Source of the DNA: Candidatus Kapaibacterium sp.
Lineage (GTDB): Bacteria > Bacteroidota > Ignavibacteria > Kapaibacteriales > UBA2268
DNA length: 64,000 nucleotides
Reading direction: 5' to 3'
Assembly: GCA_963665665.1 (NCBI GenBank)
Contig: OY762428.1
Coordinates: forward strand, 4,736,001-4,800,000
The position numbers and the translations under genes were made by a program. Positions 1 to 9,836 of the stretch are shown here, piece by piece. Under the pieces are notes generated by a model. The model was not told where the DNA came from and searched no databases. It saw only the letters and a list, made by a program, of their open reading frames with translations. Position 1 is the stretch's first letter; each line of letters opens with the position of its first letter.

Positions 1-350
1 CGCTAAGATGACATATCCCAACGCTAAGACGACACGAACCAACGCTATGATGACATATCCCAACGCTAAGATGACATATATCAGCGATAATCAGGCTCTG
101 GAGAACGCTCGGAAAGCACGGGGGAATGCTCGGAAAGCTCGGGGGAAGGGTCGGGAAGCTCGGGGGAACGCTCGGGAAGCACGGGGGAACGCTCGGGAAA
201 CACGAGGGAACGCTCGGAAAGCACGGGGGAATGCTCGGAAAGCTTGGGGGAATGCTCGGAAAGCTTGGGGGAACGCTCCGAAAGCACGGGGGAACGCTCG
301 GCAGGCTCGAGGGAACGCTCGGAAAGCACGGGGGAACGCTCGGAAAGCAT
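1..350 (+). repeat. Bipartite 21-bp tandem array, copy 1 (truncated by window start)
   Basis: 4 type-A units (CGCTAAGATGACATATCCCAA-like), one 21-bp linker (85-105), then ~12 type-B units (CGCTCGGAAAGCACGGGGGAA-like), all in one 21-bp register. Confidence 0.95.
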
Positions 351-814
351 AAAACAGCGGGTTTCCGGCACGAAAAATTGTTTCCAAAGAACACACCAAA
401 GGCATTAAAGCCAATTATATCATGCATTTACATTAATATAAGCCTATTCAGCAGGATTTCTATAGGAGGATGGCCCGCGCCGCCGAAATAAAATTTCATC
501 CGAGTGTTCATTTCACCAAATTAAAGTGTTTTAAAAGCTCGGGGAGATATATAATGTTCCTGGCTGAGGGAGTATATTAACTGAAGAATACACTTGTTTC
601 TATGATAAACTCATGAAGAATAGATTCTTTACTTCATTCAGTGTGAAATTTTACGGCTTTATCTGCTACTAACAGTAGATGTGTTTCCGGCAGTGATCTT
701 TTCTTATTAAGAATAATGAAACTTTTTGCTTAGTCCCAAGTTTTGGATGTGAGTCGTTTTATTTTGTGTTTAAAGAAAAATATTCCATACGACAGAAAAA
801 TTAAAAAAAAACGG

Positions 815-1000
815 CTATTTAGAAAAGTCATAGTCGTCAGATGAAAGCATGGTTTTCAGGACTTTCATAAATTCTTCCTGGTCTTTATCAACAACATTTG
901 ATATTTTTTCCATCATTTCCTGTTTCATCATTTCACGCATTAAAACGTCGTCTGATTTTTTTAAATCTTTTTTTGGGTCCTTTTTTTCCTGCTTAGCCAT
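815..1000 (-). CDS. Small hypothetical protein (61 aa)
   Basis: ATG preceded by GGAGA SD-like sequence; charged helical composition. Confidence 0.65.
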   Translation of the reverse strand: MAKQEKKDPKKDLKKSDDVLMREMMKQEMMEKISNVVDKDQEEFMKVLKTMLSSDDYDFSK

Positions 1001-1066
1001 ATTTTTTCTCCGATAAAATTATCTGTCATAATAATAAACGAACAGTGGGTGCGCAGATTGTTAAGA

Positions 1067-1088
1067 ACGGGCGGCCGAAACCGCCCGT
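1067..1088. terminator. GC-rich hairpin downstream of pyrC
   Basis: ACGGGCGG-CCGAAA-CCGCCCGT inverted repeat ~10 bp past the pyrC stop. Confidence 0.55.
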
Positions 1089-1097
1089 ACTATACAA

Positions 1098-2381
1098 TTA
1101 TAGTTCAGTAACATACATTTTGTTGTTATTGAATGAATATTTTGGTTTCCCTTTCAGCCTCATACCTTCGTAAGGACAATTCCTGGCTTTGGTTTTGAAT
1201 TTCAATGTGTCAACCTGCCATTCTTCGTCGGGGTCGAATATTGTAAGGTTTGCTTTCGAGCCTTTATCAAGGATGATTTGCGGAAGCTGAAGGATGCGCC
1301 TTGGATTTACGGACATTTTTTCAATCACCTGATTGAGTGTCAGGTGGCCGGCATGGTAAAGGTATGTAAGAGAAGCTGCCAGAGATGTTTCAAGGCCTAC
1401 AATACCGAGAGGAGCCTGCTCGTATTCAACGTCTTTCTCGTGTACGGCATGAGGTGCGTGGTCGGTTGCAATACAATCGATTGTTCCGTCTTTCAGTCCT
1501 TCGATTATTGCATCAATATCCCTTTGCCTGCGAAGCGGGGGATTCATTTTGTAGTGAGTGTTATATGTAGCCACATTTCTGTCGTCAAGCGAGAAATGGT
1601 GGGGCGTAACTTCGCATGTTACCCTAAGGCCGCGGTTTTTGGCATCTTTAACCATTCTTACTGCACCGTTTGTGCTGATATGAGAAACATGGTAACGCCT
1701 TCTGCCGCAATATTCCGAAAGCATTATGTCGCGGGCAACGATCATCTCTTCAGCAACGTTGGGATATCCCTTAAGGCCGAGTTTATCGGAAAGAGCGCCT
1801 TCATTCATAGCAAAGTGTTCTGTCAGGGCATGATCTTCGGCATGTTGGGCAATCAGAAGGTCTTTCGTGGCTGCATAATCAAATATAAGCCTCATTACAT
1901 CACTGCTCTGCACCGAATCTCCATCGTCAGTGAACATAACAACGCCTTCATCATGAAGTTCTATCATGGGGGAGAGCTGCTTGCCTTCTCTTTTCTTAGT
2001 CATTGCTGCCGAAACATACACGTCCAGCATGAAATCTTTTGTTTTTTCATTAATATAATTAACGGTAACGGCATTGTCAATTGCAGGGTCGGTATTCGGC
2101 ATAACTACTACTCCGGTAAAACCTCCGTTTGTGGCCGCATCGGATCCGGTTTTAAGATTCTCTTTGTATTCGAATCCTGGTTCGCGGAAATGTACGTGCA
2201 TATCAAACAATCCTGGCGAGCAAACCAGTTTGTCTGCTTCAACAACTTCTGTTTTTTTGTCAACATCAGCAATATCAGGAGAGAAATGGATAATTTCACC
2301 ATCTTTTATCCACAGGTTCAATTTTGTATCAAAATTCTGAGCCGGGCTTATTGCTCTGATATTTTTGAAATATATATTCAC
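1098..2381 (-). CDS. pyrC: Dihydroorotase
   Basis: DMHVHFREPG, MPNT, HVSHIS, EVTPHH, KMNPPLR, ATDHAPH amidohydrolase motifs. Confidence 0.93.
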   Translation of the reverse strand: MNIYFKNIRAISPAQNFDTKLNLWIKDGEIIHFSPDIADVDKKTEVVEADKLVCSPGLFDMHVHFREPGFEYKENLKTGSDAATNGGFTGVVVMPNTDPAIDNAVTVNYINEKTKDFMLDVYVSAAMTKKREGKQLSPMIELHDEGVVMFTDDGDSVQSSDVMRLIFDYAATKDLLIAQHAEDHALTEHFAMNEGALSDKLGLKGYPNVAEEMIVARDIMLSEYCGRRRYHVSHISTNGAVRMVKDAKNRGLRVTCEVTPHHFSLDDRNVATYNTHYKMNPPLRRQRDIDAIIEGLKDGTIDCIATDHAPHAVHEKDVEYEQAPLGIVGLETSLAASLTYLYHAGHLTLNQVIEKMSVNPRRILQLPQIILDKGSKANLTIFDPDEEWQVDTLKFKTKARNCPYEGMRLKGKPKYSFNNNKMYVTEL

Positions 2382-2574
2382 TTTGCCTCCGGTTATAATT
2401 TATTTAATTAATAGAAATTTCAATCAATTAAAACACTAATAAAAATAGCGCTTTTGCTTTAAAATAAGGGTGTTTTCTTCATAAATATCTTTAAACAAAA
2501 CATACCTTTTACAGAAATATAATTTATCACTATTTCCGCATATTTAAAAATGTTTTGTTGCAGAACAGTTTTCA

Positions 2575-4389
2575 CTACTTTCTTATCAAATTCAATTGAT
2601 TGAAACTATCTGTCAGCCATGCAGAGATCAGGGGATAAAATTCCAGGTATTCATCCGGAGTTATCTCGGTCTGGTCGAAATAAATAGTTTTTGTAATAAA
2701 CAGCTTATCGCCTTTTTTGATATATTTGATTTCACACTTACCAATTGCATTTGTTATCGATTTGTTCTCAGGTATATATACTTCAATATTTCCCGGCAGT
2801 TCGATAACATATTCAATTGTTTCATCAATTCTGTGCATTATTTTCAGAGGGTTGCTTCTTTCAGCATTTATCAGCTCTCCGAAATATTTTTCGATACTAC
2901 CCTTCGAAAATGGAAGTTCAATGCTGCATCCGTTTCTGAAAAATTCAGGTTCTTGTGAAGTTTCAATATTCAGGTTACAATTATAAACCGGGTTTTCAGG
3001 ATAAATAATTCCGGAATCCTCAAAATTTGTTTTATATCCATTTCCAATTACAGATTTGAATAGTTTAACCGCTGTACTTTTCTTATAATCATGCAGGTAT
3101 TCGCCCTTAATGAAAGCATTTACTGTTCCGGAAAGCTTCCCGTTTTCATCCATCTTCAGTTTCAAACCGAATGATAATTTTCCGGGTGCTGGTGTGTCAA
3201 AAGCCATTCTTTCGAAATCATCGTCTTCAAATAATGGAATAAAGCCGTCATTTTTTATGAAAAATTCCTGGTCGTGGCTGTTAACGGCAATAATTGCCAT
3301 AATATCAGGAACAAGCTCAACAGCTACTGCCGCTTTAGAATATGAGTTGATGCTTCTGGCCAATTCTTTGTCCCATATTTCGGTTGCAAGCAGGGGGGAG
3401 GCTTTTATTCCTGCTTCACGGCACATTGCTGCAAGGAGAATGGATTTATCCAATACGCTGCCGTTGTTCCTGTCAAAAACCTCTTGTGCCGTCATTGGTT
3501 TATATCCTGAATATTTAAACGGGCAGTGAGATAAACTGATATTATTTTCCACGTAGGATTGCAATGCAAGAGCCTTATCAAGAATTTCGGTTTTAGCTTC
3601 CGTAAGTTCAGCTGCTTTTTTAATAATTTCATCATTAATTTCAAAGAGATCAGTTTGCCCATAAACATGTTTTCTGATTTCATTTTTGTTTATTGTTGAG
3701 AACCAGAATGTGGGGAGTAAATCAATATCTTTAGGGCTGCCGGCTTCGTGCTTGTTCAGAGGAATATGGCTAAATTTATATGTATATGTATCAATTCCTC
3801 CGGATTTTTTCAGGGCAGGTTTTATTTTGTAATTCAACACACCGTGATTTAGTTTTATTCCTTCCGGTATGATAATACTTATTTTATATTCTTTTACCGG
3901 GCTGTTTTCAGGAATTACAAACAAATCTCCAAATCCGGGCAGGAATCCGGATTTTGTTTTGATAGTATAATCAAGATAAATTACAGCATCTTTCTCTAAC
4001 CCGGTGTGGGTAACAACCATTTCGCGCAGGTTCATATTTGGGGCTGAATGCGCAGCGCAGCGTGGTAATACTTCGTTGAAAGCGTTAGCCGGGGAAGCTA
4101 CTTCTTTGCCGTCTGCCATAACAGTGTAAGCGTGATTGACTTTCAATTCCTGGTAATCAGGGTTATAAATAATAAAAGTTTCGCCATAAGCCCTGTTCAC
4201 GGAATAACCCGTCAACAACTTCACTTCGCTTGAATAATGAAATTCAGTTGAACCGTCAGTGTTAAGTTTGTATTCTTTTTCGATTTTATTGAAAACCGCA
4301 TCGGCTTCTTTTTCGCTATAATTGGCAAGTACAATATTTGAAGCAAACAGAAATAAAACAGCCATCAATTTAATTAAATTTTTCATCAT
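2575..4389 (-). CDS. DUF3857/transglutaminase-like exported protein, probably catalytically degenerate
   Basis: Signal peptide; paralogous to the neighbouring gene; GSVLDKSILLAAMCREAGI where the paralog has GVCKDKAGMLITMLRAAGF. Confidence 0.75.
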   Translation of the reverse strand: MMKNLIKLMAVLFLFASNIVLANYSEKEADAVFNKIEKEYKLNTDGSTEFHYSSEVKLLTGYSVNRAYGETFIIYNPDYQELKVNHAYTVMADGKEVASPANAFNEVLPRCAAHSAPNMNLREMVVTHTGLEKDAVIYLDYTIKTKSGFLPGFGDLFVIPENSPVKEYKISIIIPEGIKLNHGVLNYKIKPALKKSGGIDTYTYKFSHIPLNKHEAGSPKDIDLLPTFWFSTINKNEIRKHVYGQTDLFEINDEIIKKAAELTEAKTEILDKALALQSYVENNISLSHCPFKYSGYKPMTAQEVFDRNNGSVLDKSILLAAMCREAGIKASPLLATEIWDKELARSINSYSKAAVAVELVPDIMAIIAVNSHDQEFFIKNDGFIPLFEDDDFERMAFDTPAPGKLSFGLKLKMDENGKLSGTVNAFIKGEYLHDYKKSTAVKLFKSVIGNGYKTNFEDSGIIYPENPVYNCNLNIETSQEPEFFRNGCSIELPFSKGSIEKYFGELINAERSNPLKIMHRIDETIEYVIELPGNIEVYIPENKSITNAIGKCEIKYIKKGDKLFITKTIYFDQTEITPDEYLEFYPLISAWLTDSFNQLNLIRK

Positions 4390-4401
4390 TTTTTCCTCCC
4401 C

Positions 4402-6471
4402 TTATTTCTTAATTATTATTGGTGTATCTGATAATTTCTGCCTTTCTGCAATAACCGACCTGAAGCCCGGCCAGTCAGCGGATTCATAAAGGCGCTTTTC
4501 AAATCTGAGAGTTGATTTCAGATTTATTTTCTTCCCTTTCACAGTATATTTTGCCTTGAATGAAGCAGGCTTCGTTTCAATATCAGTGAAATCTGGAATA
4601 AATTCAACTTTACCATCAGCAATTTTTATATTTTCATCAATTTCTACCAGTTTGGAACAACCGATCCTGAAACCGTATTTCCTTTCAGTCAGGCTTGTAT
4701 CCATTAGGAATTCGGTATTAATTGATTCCTTAAGCGGATCTAAGGCAGTAATCGGAATAAATCTTTCTTCACCTGCAAAATTCTTTGAATAGTCCGGTAT
4801 TGTAAAACTAATTTCGATTTTAACCGGATCAGAATAATCAGAAGGATCGCCGAATTCAAAGTCATCAACAGTGGCAACAGGCGATACGCTTTTCATGATT
4901 CTTGCTGCTCCTTCATTCCAATTGGATTTCCAGCTTCTTGAAAATGCCCGACGAACCCGGGAATCAGTTTGTCCTTCGGCTGTAAATATAAGTTTTCCTT
5001 TCAAAGTTCCGTTTTTGAGAAGTTCTGTTTCAGCATTAATCTTCAGGTAATGATTTTCAGCAGGGGATACCGGGGTAGTCATAATGTCTGCCCCGCCAGG
5101 AATACCCATAAGAAATTGCTGCTGCTGTTCAGCGCTGGACCATAACTCTCTGACACCGGGAACCCATGTCGGGTCGAGAAGTATCCAGTCACCATTTTTG
5201 AGTTTTGCAACAGTAACACTGTGGTTAAACTGATCGGCAGGTATTTTGTCAATCCTCGAACCGGCCATTGTCATTGCTGCATAGGATTCGAATCCTGCTG
5301 CCCTTAGCATAGTTATCAGCATTCCGGCCTTGTCCTTACAAACTCCGCAGCGGTCTGCAAAAGTCATTTCTCCTTTGTGAAGAGTATATCCTTCGCCTTC
5401 GCCCATTGATATACCCGAGTATCTGATTTCATCGGCACACCAGTGGGTAAGTATCTGAATTTTTTCCATTTCGTCAGATACTCCGCTAAGCAGTTCATCA
5501 GTTTTAGCCTGAACTTCCGGAGTTACTTCAAAGCTACCGTAATCTTCATTAACGCCGTGGAACCACACTGCTTTCTGATACCAGTCCCTGCTTGTAGAAA
5601 CAAGTAGCTTTGTTGCAACATCACTTGCCGCAAGCATGTTCGGTTCACCACGGAAAGGCATAATATCATTTTTGTACCAGCAATATTCCGTTTTCCCGCT
5701 TCGATTGATTTCATCCTCTCTTCCGGCAATTTTTGCAGGTTCTTTCTCAATTTTATGGGGATTAATTCTGACAGTAATATCTTTGTCATTAACGGCATTG
5801 AAATGAATATACGATGAGACTTCACCATTGTAGATTTCATATTGAAGAGGTTTGTTTTCCGGGACATATATTTTATAAACTTTAGATAAAATTGGCGTAC
5901 CGGTCCAGAAATTTACAATATCATAAAAATGCCCCTTCATGGGAGGAATAAATTTATCTTCTTCATTATCCATAAGAAGGGCATAAGTAAATCCTTTTCG
6001 GAAGGTTATTATTTCAACGGCATCTCCGGGTTCGAGCCTGCCGATTTCTACTGCTTTGCTCCTTGCCCCCCAGTAGATCATTCTTGCAGGTGCAGGGTAG
6101 TCGTAAACTTTTTCTGCCGGAACAACATCCTCTGTACCGTCAGCCCTGTATATTTTTGCCAGTTTTATTGAAATATCAGCCGAAAGAGGTTCATATCCGA
6201 AAATCAATAAATTATTAGCTACTGCGCCCTTTGTATTCAATATCTTTACTAATCTGTGGTTATGTACATAGCTGAGTCCCGATTCCTGAACATCAACAAT
6301 TGTTGAATCAAAAATGATAACCGAAGCAGCATTGTTGAATTTCTCACCGCAGCCGGCATTTTCAATTATTTGCCTTACATCGTTGTTTTCCTGGGCTATT
6401 GATTCTGAATTTGTAGTATAAAAAATTAATAAAATCAGAAATAGTGGTATGATAGATTTTCTTGAGCTCAT
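4402..6471 (-). CDS. DUF3857 + transglutaminase-like (Cys-His-Asp) exported protein
   Basis: Signal peptide; IRYSG, GVCKDKA, FNHS, LLDPT motifs. Confidence 0.85.
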   Translation of the reverse strand: MSSRKSIIPLFLILLIFYTTNSESIAQENNDVRQIIENAGCGEKFNNAASVIIFDSTIVDVQESGLSYVHNHRLVKILNTKGAVANNLLIFGYEPLSADISIKLAKIYRADGTEDVVPAEKVYDYPAPARMIYWGARSKAVEIGRLEPGDAVEIITFRKGFTYALLMDNEEDKFIPPMKGHFYDIVNFWTGTPILSKVYKIYVPENKPLQYEIYNGEVSSYIHFNAVNDKDITVRINPHKIEKEPAKIAGREDEINRSGKTEYCWYKNDIMPFRGEPNMLAASDVATKLLVSTSRDWYQKAVWFHGVNEDYGSFEVTPEVQAKTDELLSGVSDEMEKIQILTHWCADEIRYSGISMGEGEGYTLHKGEMTFADRCGVCKDKAGMLITMLRAAGFESYAAMTMAGSRIDKIPADQFNHSVTVAKLKNGDWILLDPTWVPGVRELWSSAEQQQQFLMGIPGGADIMTTPVSPAENHYLKINAETELLKNGTLKGKLIFTAEGQTDSRVRRAFSRSWKSNWNEGAARIMKSVSPVATVDDFEFGDPSDYSDPVKIEISFTIPDYSKNFAGEERFIPITALDPLKESINTEFLMDTSLTERKYGFRIGCSKLVEIDENIKIADGKVEFIPDFTDIETKPASFKAKYTVKGKKINLKSTLRFEKRLYESADWPGFRSVIAERQKLSDTPIIIKK

Positions 6472-6546
6472 CGGTAGTCCGTTTAATAAAAAACATATAT
6501 GATTTATTCCTGATACAAATTTATCAAAATTCAGCTTCTATACAAT

Positions 6547-6579
6547 AAAAAAAGCGGCCGAAGCCGCTTCAAAAAAAAG
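6547..6579. terminator. Intrinsic terminator downstream of T9SS gene
   Basis: AAAAAAAGCGGC-CGAA-GCCGCTT hairpin with U-tract on the minus strand. Confidence 0.7.
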
Positions 6580-6596
6580 ATTTTATGTCTTATTAA

Positions 6597-9575
6597 TTAC
6601 TTATTGATAACAAGCCTTGTCATTTGCTTGTTATTTCCTGAACTAAGTAAGACATGATAAACGCCACTGGACAGAGTTGACAGATTGATATCAATTGAGT
6701 TCATTCCGGGAGTATAATACTGTCCGTTAGTTGTGTAAACTTTGTTTCCCAGATTGTCGAAGATTGATATTTCAACATTTGATGGAACAAACTGTTTCCA
6801 ACTAATTGCAGCATTTTCTGATACAGGGTTGGGAGTTACTTTTATATCACTTCCGTCAATAACGAAATCTTCCACTCCTGTAACTTCATCATTCATAACT
6901 ATATCGTCAATATACCACCCGTCTTCATTCCTGAATTTGTTTGCAGCAACATTGAATTTTACCATCAGTGTATCACCGATATAATCTTCAAGTATAACTT
7001 TATCCAAAACCCATTTACTGGTTTCAATTTTGCCGGTAAATGAATCAGGATGGGTAGTTTCATCCGTTCTGAAAACTTCAGTCCAGGTCAGGCCGAAATC
7101 ATTACTTACATTTATTGTTGCATAATCTGTACCGGATCCGTCGATATTGGCAATATTATAAAAATTCAGCACAAACTTATCATCCGAAATAACAAACGGG
7201 GCGAACATTGAATAAAAATCACCTTCTTCGTAATCTCCGTCAGGGGAGTCATGCAAACTTGAAGGATTTGAATGTGCAGCAGTATTAACCACATCCCAAC
7301 TACCATCTGTATATGAAGGCATTATATTCGAGCTATTATCAAAATTCTCTTCGAAAGTTGCATAAGGTTCGCCTGCATAAACGATATATTCCTCTGTCAT
7401 CTGGCTTTCGTATTCAACTCCAGCGCGAGAAGTGACAGCCTTCATTGTTATTTTGTAGAACCTTTCAGTATCAAGGTTTAATTCTTTCGCAAGATCGGCT
7501 CCGGGAGATACTTCGTATTCAATATCAGTGTGCAATTCGTCATCAACGAATATCTGAATTTTTACAAGGTCGCCCGCAAAGCTGCTGTCCACGTGCATTG
7601 ACGGATTAATCCAGCTTAAATTCAGCCCGTTAGCAGAAGGAATATAACTGATATTGCCCGGCATCATCGGGACAGGGTTGCCACCCGCATAGGCTGAGGC
7701 AGAAATTGGTATGCTTTCGCCATATTGATTTTTGATTATTATCTGGTAATTGTATTCTTTTCCGCTTTCAAGCCCGCTGTCTGTATAGCTTGTTTTTCCT
7801 GATTCCAATTCAGCAATCTGACTTCCGTCACGGCTTAATAAAATTGTGTAATTGCCAATATCAGAACCCATAATAGTATGAGTCGGGTTAATCCAGGAAA
7901 GGTTTATCTGTTCAGGGTTTTCATATTCCCCTTTTGCCGTGAAATTTTCCGGCCTTAGCGGGCCAAGTGATAGCTTAACAGTGAATAGCTCAAGGTCATC
8001 AAAATTGCCATAAGTTGGTTCGGGCATCCAGAAAAGAGGGTAAAATTTTCCATTATAAGCTGTCATTGAAGTATAATCACCCCAATAGAAATTATTTGAT
8101 TCACCCTGAGGGCTAACATCATTCTGACTGGTGATGTACCATGTTTCAGGTGTTAATCGAATATTATTAAAATTCTCTCCGTCGGTTGAAACAGCCATGT
8201 AAGCATCAATTCCCTGGTTGTTTTCATCATTCCGGGAGCTGTAATAAAATACAGCCACGATACCTGTAACAGGATCGACTGCTATTGCCGGGAAGAACAT
8301 ATCATTTCTTACTTCCGCATCATCAATTCTCATCTTTTTCTCCCATGTTGTACCGCCGTCTTTGGATATTGTAAGAAACACTCCATAAGAACCGCCACCG
8401 TATATACGACCGGCCTGTACAACATAAATCCAGCCTTTCCTTGGCCCGTTAGAACAATCAACAGCTATTTCCGGAAGGGCGGACACACGCATATTCTGTT
8501 TGTCTTCAAAAATATAACGCCCTTCGTAAATTGTTCCTGCAGGGTAAACGCTTTGGGCTGTTATCGGTTTAGAAAGCCAGGTAAGGCCGCCGTCAGTTGA
8601 TTTCTGGAAAACAGCTTCTGTTTTTGTACTGGCTCCGGCACGGTATATAACATATATATCTCCGTTTGGTGCTACCACAGGCACCGGAGAGTGAGATCCG
8701 GATTCACCTCCTGATTCGGGAAGAATTATCTCATCAGACCATGTCTGGCCGGCATCAGTGCTGCGCGAGAACGCAATCCCGTCATTGATGATAAATTTTC
8801 TCCAGGTAACATATATATTGTTTTTGTTCGGAGAACTTTCGATATTATCGGCTACAATGGTATATCTGTCATGAAATGGCTTCCAACCGGATCCTTTTTC
8901 AAGGACAACCGGTTTGGGGTCTTCCCATGATTCTCCACCGTCTTTTGAACGGCAAACGAAAATACCGTTCTGGTCTCTTCCTGTCTGAACGGTTTGTGTA
9001 AAACCATAACAATAATAAGCCCATCCGTTTGCATCGAATGTGATTCCCGGGTCAAAAATTGTCATATCCCATTCATTGTCAGGAGTGTCAATATATAAAT
9101 CGAAATTTGATGGTGTTGTAGATTCTGTCCATGTATCACCACCGTCTTTTGTATAAAATGCAGGCATTTTATATCCGCCTGAAGGAATAAGGTAACGGCT
9201 GTCGTTGCTTGTAGCAATAATATTATCGGGATCTGTCGGGTTTAGGGCAATCCATGTTTCATGCTGGCCGGCAGCTGCATTAGAAACATTTACAAGTTCA
9301 AAACCGTTTTCGTTCAAAATCCTGTCTCTTGGAGGCTGCTTTTCAAATTTTTTGTAAACCTCGGCAGGTATAGGCCTTCCCTTGAAATAATTCTGGTAGT
9401 TCCATTTAATCATACCAAGCTGCTCCTGGCTGAGAGACTTTTCCGGCCTCATTAATATGGAAATGTTCCTGTATTCGTATTGAGCTGATGAATTAATAAA
9501 GGAGAAAGCGATTATTGGCAAAATTGCCATGAGGAGTCTTCTCGTCATTTTCCAAACCCTGTCATTTTTAAACAA
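6597..9575 (-). CDS. T9SS-secreted protein: BNR/Asp-box (sialidase-like) propeller + FN3 domains + type A CTD
   Basis: Repeated SxDGGxTW Asp-boxes; FN3-like segments; C-terminal PNP...IFDNLGNKV...LSSGVY...RLVINK. Confidence 0.85.
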   Translation of the reverse strand: MFKNDRVWKMTRRLLMAILPIIAFSFINSSAQYEYRNISILMRPEKSLSQEQLGMIKWNYQNYFKGRPIPAEVYKKFEKQPPRDRILNENGFELVNVSNAAAGQHETWIALNPTDPDNIIATSNDSRYLIPSGGYKMPAFYTKDGGDTWTESTTPSNFDLYIDTPDNEWDMTIFDPGITFDANGWAYYCYGFTQTVQTGRDQNGIFVCRSKDGGESWEDPKPVVLEKGSGWKPFHDRYTIVADNIESSPNKNNIYVTWRKFIINDGIAFSRSTDAGQTWSDEIILPESGGESGSHSPVPVVAPNGDIYVIYRAGASTKTEAVFQKSTDGGLTWLSKPITAQSVYPAGTIYEGRYIFEDKQNMRVSALPEIAVDCSNGPRKGWIYVVQAGRIYGGGSYGVFLTISKDGGTTWEKKMRIDDAEVRNDMFFPAIAVDPVTGIVAVFYYSSRNDENNQGIDAYMAVSTDGENFNNIRLTPETWYITSQNDVSPQGESNNFYWGDYTSMTAYNGKFYPLFWMPEPTYGNFDDLELFTVKLSLGPLRPENFTAKGEYENPEQINLSWINPTHTIMGSDIGNYTILLSRDGSQIAELESGKTSYTDSGLESGKEYNYQIIIKNQYGESIPISASAYAGGNPVPMMPGNISYIPSANGLNLSWINPSMHVDSSFAGDLVKIQIFVDDELHTDIEYEVSPGADLAKELNLDTERFYKITMKAVTSRAGVEYESQMTEEYIVYAGEPYATFEENFDNSSNIMPSYTDGSWDVVNTAAHSNPSSLHDSPDGDYEEGDFYSMFAPFVISDDKFVLNFYNIANIDGSGTDYATINVSNDFGLTWTEVFRTDETTHPDSFTGKIETSKWVLDKVILEDYIGDTLMVKFNVAANKFRNEDGWYIDDIVMNDEVTGVEDFVIDGSDIKVTPNPVSENAAISWKQFVPSNVEISIFDNLGNKVYTTNGQYYTPGMNSIDINLSTLSSGVYHVLLSSGNNKQMTRLVINK

Positions 9576-9785
9576 ATTATTCTTCCAAATCCCGTTCTGT
9601 CATTAAATCATAGTAAAAGACGTGATTTATTAACTTAAATTATAAAAAATCGTTCTTTCACCAAAGCATAGAAACATGAATTTAAAAAAAAGTTACAAGC
9701 TTATTTTTATCAAACACAAAAATACAAATAATTGAGCAAAATATTCTTAAGCGATTATAAAATATATGTTTTTATCATATTTGAA

Positions 9786-9820
9786 TTGTTGATGCACTGC
9801 CGCTAAAGTGCATCAACAAT
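9786..9820. terminator. Long inverted repeat downstream of hydF
   Basis: ATTGTTGATGCACT...AGTGCATCAACAAT, 14-bp perfect stem. Confidence 0.6.
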
Positions 9821-9836
9821 ATCAAATCAGTAATTT

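Noticed and set aside
1-350. CRISPR array interpretation of the 21-bp repeats (also 18676-19245)
   Set aside because: Units are head-to-tail with no unique spacers, and no cas genes are in the window.
1278-2411. 377-aa ORF antisense to pyrC and similar shadow ORFs (e.g. 49134-49757, 42285-42812, 24518-24997)
   Set aside because: They lie fully opposite well-supported genes and have no recognisable motifs.
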